Below, in pieces: positions 61,093 through 64,000 of a DNA stretch of 64,000 bases. The stretch is from Nitrospirota bacterium (GTDB taxonomy: Bacteria; Nitrospirota; UBA9217), in contig CAVTRN010000002.1 of assembly GCA_963737155.1 (NCBI GenBank), positions 1,824,001 through 1,888,000 on the forward strand, written 5' to 3'. The translations under genes and the position numbers were made by a program. The notes below the pieces were generated by a model. That model was not told where the DNA came from. It was given only the letters and a program-made list of their open reading frames with translations, and ran no database searches. How positions within the stretch are numbered: the first letter of the stretch is position 1; every line of letters begins with the position of its first letter.

Positions 61093-61226
61093 AGTGAATT
61101 ACCCCGCAGCAAGCTGCGGGGCATCGGAACTTGAAACCTTAAAAAAGCACAACAAAGAAGCTGAAGACTTATCCTGGCTTCGCCAGGATGTCCTTTTCAT
61201 CCCAGCAGCAAGCTGCTGGGTATTTC
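61093..61226 (+). mobile_element. Miniature IS200/IS605-like palindromic element (copy 2)
   Basis: GTGAATTA-CCCCGCAGC AA GCTGCGGGG-CATC ... internal ATCCTGGC TTC GCCAGGAT hairpin ... TTCAT-CCCAGCAGC AA GCTGCTGGG-TATT; no ORF. Confidence 0.65.
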
Positions 61227-61603
61227 AGGACTGTTTTATAAAGATCCCCAGAAAAGCTTGAGTTTGAATCATGGGGATTATGAGGAAACTTGAGAACTAC
61301 TGGTAGAAGTATACCTATGTGATATATTTAATGTATTAATGTCTAGTAAAGAAAATACACTGTCTTTGAGCCACAAGTTTCAACTCAGAACGACTCCGGC
61401 AGACTTATACGCAGCCAGGAATGATACAGAATAAATCAGGAATGGAGCACGCGAAACGATTATGATCAAGGATGATGCAGCGGCAAGCCTGTCTTTTTGC
61501 AGATATCAAACTATAAACAAAATCTCTCTGGAAACCATTTGTCACGGGAGAATCATGTCTGTCAAAGGACCCGATGAATTGTGGTACATATGACTGTCTG
61601 GCT

Positions 61604-62446
61604 TCAATGGGTCGTAACGAATGAGACCCATCTCCCGTCAGGATAGCGCTCGACAATAGTAAATCCAGCTTGGGTCATGGCTTCGATGACTTCTTCAACC
61701 TGCTCCTCGAGAATTCCGGAGAGGACGGCGAAGCCTGCTTGTTTCAGGTGCGTTGCAATTGCCGGAGCAATAAGCACCAGAACCCCGGAAATGATGTTCG
61801 CTGTTATGAAATCATAAGTTTCGTTTAGATTTGAAATGCTACCTTCGTAAACTTCAACTGTCTGTGTATGGTTAAGGCCAATATTCAACCTCGTAGCATC
61901 TAGGGCAAGGATGTCCGTATCCACAGCGGTCACTCTGCGATAGCCAAGTTTGGCTGCTGCAATGGCGAGAATGCCTGTACCTGTGCCGATATCGAGGAAA
62001 CTCTCGTGACCAGCATGTCCGACATATTTTTCCATGAGCACCAAACAGGACCTTGTGGTTTCGTGGTGTCCGGTGCCGAAGGCCATGGCGGGATCAATGA
62101 TAATATTGATACGGCCTGCGCGTTCTGATTCCCAGGATGGAAGGATTGTGAACTGAGTCCCCACGTTGATTGGATGAAATCCTTTTTTCCAAGATTCATT
62201 CCAGTCCCGATCAGGGATGAGTTTATGGTGGAAGGTGAGTTCTCCGATCTGTCCGGATTTCACAAAAAGCGCATGCATGATTGAAAGATCCTCGGTGATA
62301 GCTTTGATATCGATGGTATCGGGGAAATATGCGACAAGGTAATCGTTTTGCTCGATCATACCGAGGCACCCTTCATCTGTCAGTCTCCGAATCAAGAAAT
62401 CTTTGTTGGACTTAGAGATCCTTATGTTTAATTCGTAATAATTCAT
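61604..62446 (-). CDS. prmA: 50S ribosomal protein L11 methyltransferase
   Basis: DWNESWK, IDPAMAFGTGHHETT, LDIGTGTGILAI, ANI, LSGIL. Confidence 0.95.
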   Translation of the reverse strand: MNYYELNIRISKSNKDFLIRRLTDEGCLGMIEQNDYLVAYFPDTIDIKAITEDLSIMHALFVKSGQIGELTFHHKLIPDRDWNESWKKGFHPINVGTQFTILPSWESERAGRINIIIDPAMAFGTGHHETTRSCLVLMEKYVGHAGHESFLDIGTGTGILAIAAAKLGYRRVTAVDTDILALDATRLNIGLNHTQTVEVYEGSISNLNETYDFITANIISGVLVLIAPAIATHLKQAGFAVLSGILEEQVEEVIEAMTQAGFTIVERYPDGRWVSFVTTH

Positions 62447-62573
62447 TCAAGCCAACATAATTAATAAGCTGTATTATTGTGGCAGGCGTGGTGATCTTCC
62501 GTCAAAAGATGATGAACACCACCATAACATCCCGAGAAATTGAAATAAACCGTCACAGCAATCAGGAGGATCG

Positions 62574-63098
62574 ATGAATATTCTAGACATCATTATCAAC
62601 CGGCGCAGTGTCCGTGATTTTAAGGACCGGAATATCCCGCAGGCCCTGGTTGAAGGGCTCATCGATTCTATCCGGTGGGCGCCGTCAGCGGGAAACATGC
62701 AAAGCAGGAAATTCTATTTTATCTTTGATCAGGTAATAAAAACGAAACTTGCGAAGGCGGCCCTGAACCAGAATTTTATCGCCAAAGCTCCGCTCGTGGT
62801 CGTTGCCTGTCTTGATCGGAATATTGCAGTGCGTTATGGAGAGCGTGGAGTAAACCTCTACGGCATCCAGGATGTTTCTGCGAGCATAATGAACATGATG
62901 CTGACCGCCCATGCCATGAAGCTGGGAACCGTATGGGTTGGCGCCTTTAATGAATTTGAGGTTATTGATATCCTGGAACTGCCTGACAACCTCCGGCCCA
63001 TTTCCATTGTCCCCGTTGGTTTTCCATCACAAATTCCTCTCCCTCCTCGGAGAAATGCACGGGATGAAATCGCTGTTATGGTAAAGCAGGCTGAATGA
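62574..63098 (+). CDS. Nitroreductase family protein
   Basis: RRSVRDF, WAPSAGNMQ, NMMLTAH..KLGTVWVGAF. Confidence 0.92.
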   Translation: MNILDIIINRRSVRDFKDRNIPQALVEGLIDSIRWAPSAGNMQSRKFYFIFDQVIKTKLAKAALNQNFIAKAPLVVVACLDRNIAVRYGERGVNLYGIQDVSASIMNMMLTAHAMKLGTVWVGAFNEFEVIDILELPDNLRPISIVPVGFPSQIPLPPRRNARDEIAVMVKQAE

Positions 63099-63121
63099 AT
63101 ATGATACACGCAGGAGTTGAC

Positions 63122-63577
63122 TTACTTTTTTTCGATGGCAACAAGCCTACTCCGTATTTCGTCCGGCATGGCAGTTTTTCTACTTTCGCGGTAATCATAG
63201 ATTACAATCACTCCATCGCCGTCAGCGGCGATTTTTCCATGACGGTGGCTGACAATCACATACTGCATCGTGAAACGATCCTCGGCGATATGAACAGTCT
63301 TTGCTCCCACGGAAACCGTATCAGGATAGGTTAGGGGAAACTTGTATCTGCAGCTTGTCGACCCGAGGATTGGGCCAATGCCAGTCTGTTCTTTGATCGC
63401 ATGCAGTCCGGCCTTTTTGGAATAGAGGATACGCGCGTTCTCGAAATAGCGAAAATAAACAACATTATTAACGTGCTGAAAGGCATCCATTTCACCCCAT
63501 GCAACGGGAAGTTCAACGACCACAGGATATCCCGTCAGTAATTCTTCAATACGCTTTTTCAAAGACTCCACTCCCAA
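63122..63577 (-). CDS. Acyl-CoA thioesterase (4HBT/YbgC-like)
   Basis: WGEMDAFQHVNNVVYFRYFENAR, PLTYPD. Confidence 0.9.
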   Translation of the reverse strand: MGVESLKKRIEELLTGYPVVVELPVAWGEMDAFQHVNNVVYFRYFENARILYSKKAGLHAIKEQTGIGPILGSTSCRYKFPLTYPDTVSVGAKTVHIAEDRFTMQYVIVSHRHGKIAADGDGVIVIYDYRESRKTAMPDEIRSRLVAIEKK

Positions 63578-63720
63578 TGAGGAACATTATAAACGCTTCG
63601 GAAAGAATGACCCACAAACACTAAAAGTGTTGATACAGATCAAAGTCGAATGACCCAATACAAAGCTTTACAACAGCCATTCTTCCTGAAGCGGTTGTTT
63701 GTTTTGTTGTTCTATGCTGC

Positions 63721-64000
63721 TTATTGTTCCGACTGACTGGAGTACCTTCCCTGCCGCGCTGCGCCATTACACATAGCCCTGTGATAAAATGCCTTTTGCG
63801 CTACGGAAATGAAAGCAGGTGATCCTTTCCACGCCTTCATTGCGGGGTCCTGCAGCGCCCGCGCGAATGAGAAACCCATTTCCCAGGGATGGGGCCCTCT
63901 GCTGTTGATGGCATTGAGATGTTGGGTCGCCTGTACGGGAGTCTGCCCACCGGAAAGAAACACAATACCCGGCACTGCGGCAGGCACTGTTTTCCTGAGA
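63721..64000 (-). CDS. Fructose-bisphosphate aldolase class I (C-terminal part; start beyond the window)
   Basis: VPAAVPGIVFLSGGQ, HLNAIN, PW..GFSFARALQ, HRAMCNGAA..G.Y. Confidence 0.92.
   Translation of the reverse strand, partial: LRKTVPAAVPGIVFLSGGQTPVQATQHLNAINSRGPHPWEMGFSFARALQDPAMKAWKGSPAFISVAQKAFYHRAMCNGAARQGRYSSQSEQ

Overview
Chromosomal, mostly housekeeping 64 kb window from a Gram-negative bacterium. Gene content and order suggest Nitrospirota or a Desulfobacterota-like anaerobe; this is inference only. From left to right: a partial clpC; an orphan lipoprotein; argA-like GNAT and hemW; an outer-membrane/lipid A superoperon (bamA-skp-lpxD-fabZ-lpxA-lpxI-gnnA-gnnB-lpxB-msbA-DUF374/lpxJ-like-waaA-lpxK-gmhB-GT9); a variable glycosyltransferase block with gmd-manC-algC; a YIP1 protein and a 7-blade beta-propeller lipoprotein; ROK kinase-lepA-lepB-DUF4845; yicC-remA-gmk (frameshifted)-rpoZ-coaBC; a cNMP-binding protein with ppx; a disulfide oxidoreductase-AmmeMemoRadiSam radical SAM-archease-rtcB run followed by a candidate structured RNA; a redox cluster (rubredoxin missed by the ORF track, globin-PsiE fusion, split CBS/HPP, convergent peroxiredoxin-Rrf2); an SfsA-GIY-YIG fusion; two miniature IS200/IS605-like palindromic elements flanking a cupin gene and an intact IS1182; then prmA, a nitroreductase, a thioesterase and a partial class I aldolase. 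Several apparently intergenic gaps are decayed gene relics (GT2, galE, FGE-sulfatase, HisKA). No rRNA, tRNA or CRISPR array was seen. The best candidates for undescribed systems are the rubredoxin-globin/PsiE-CBS-HPP module and the redox-linked RtcB/AmrS cluster.
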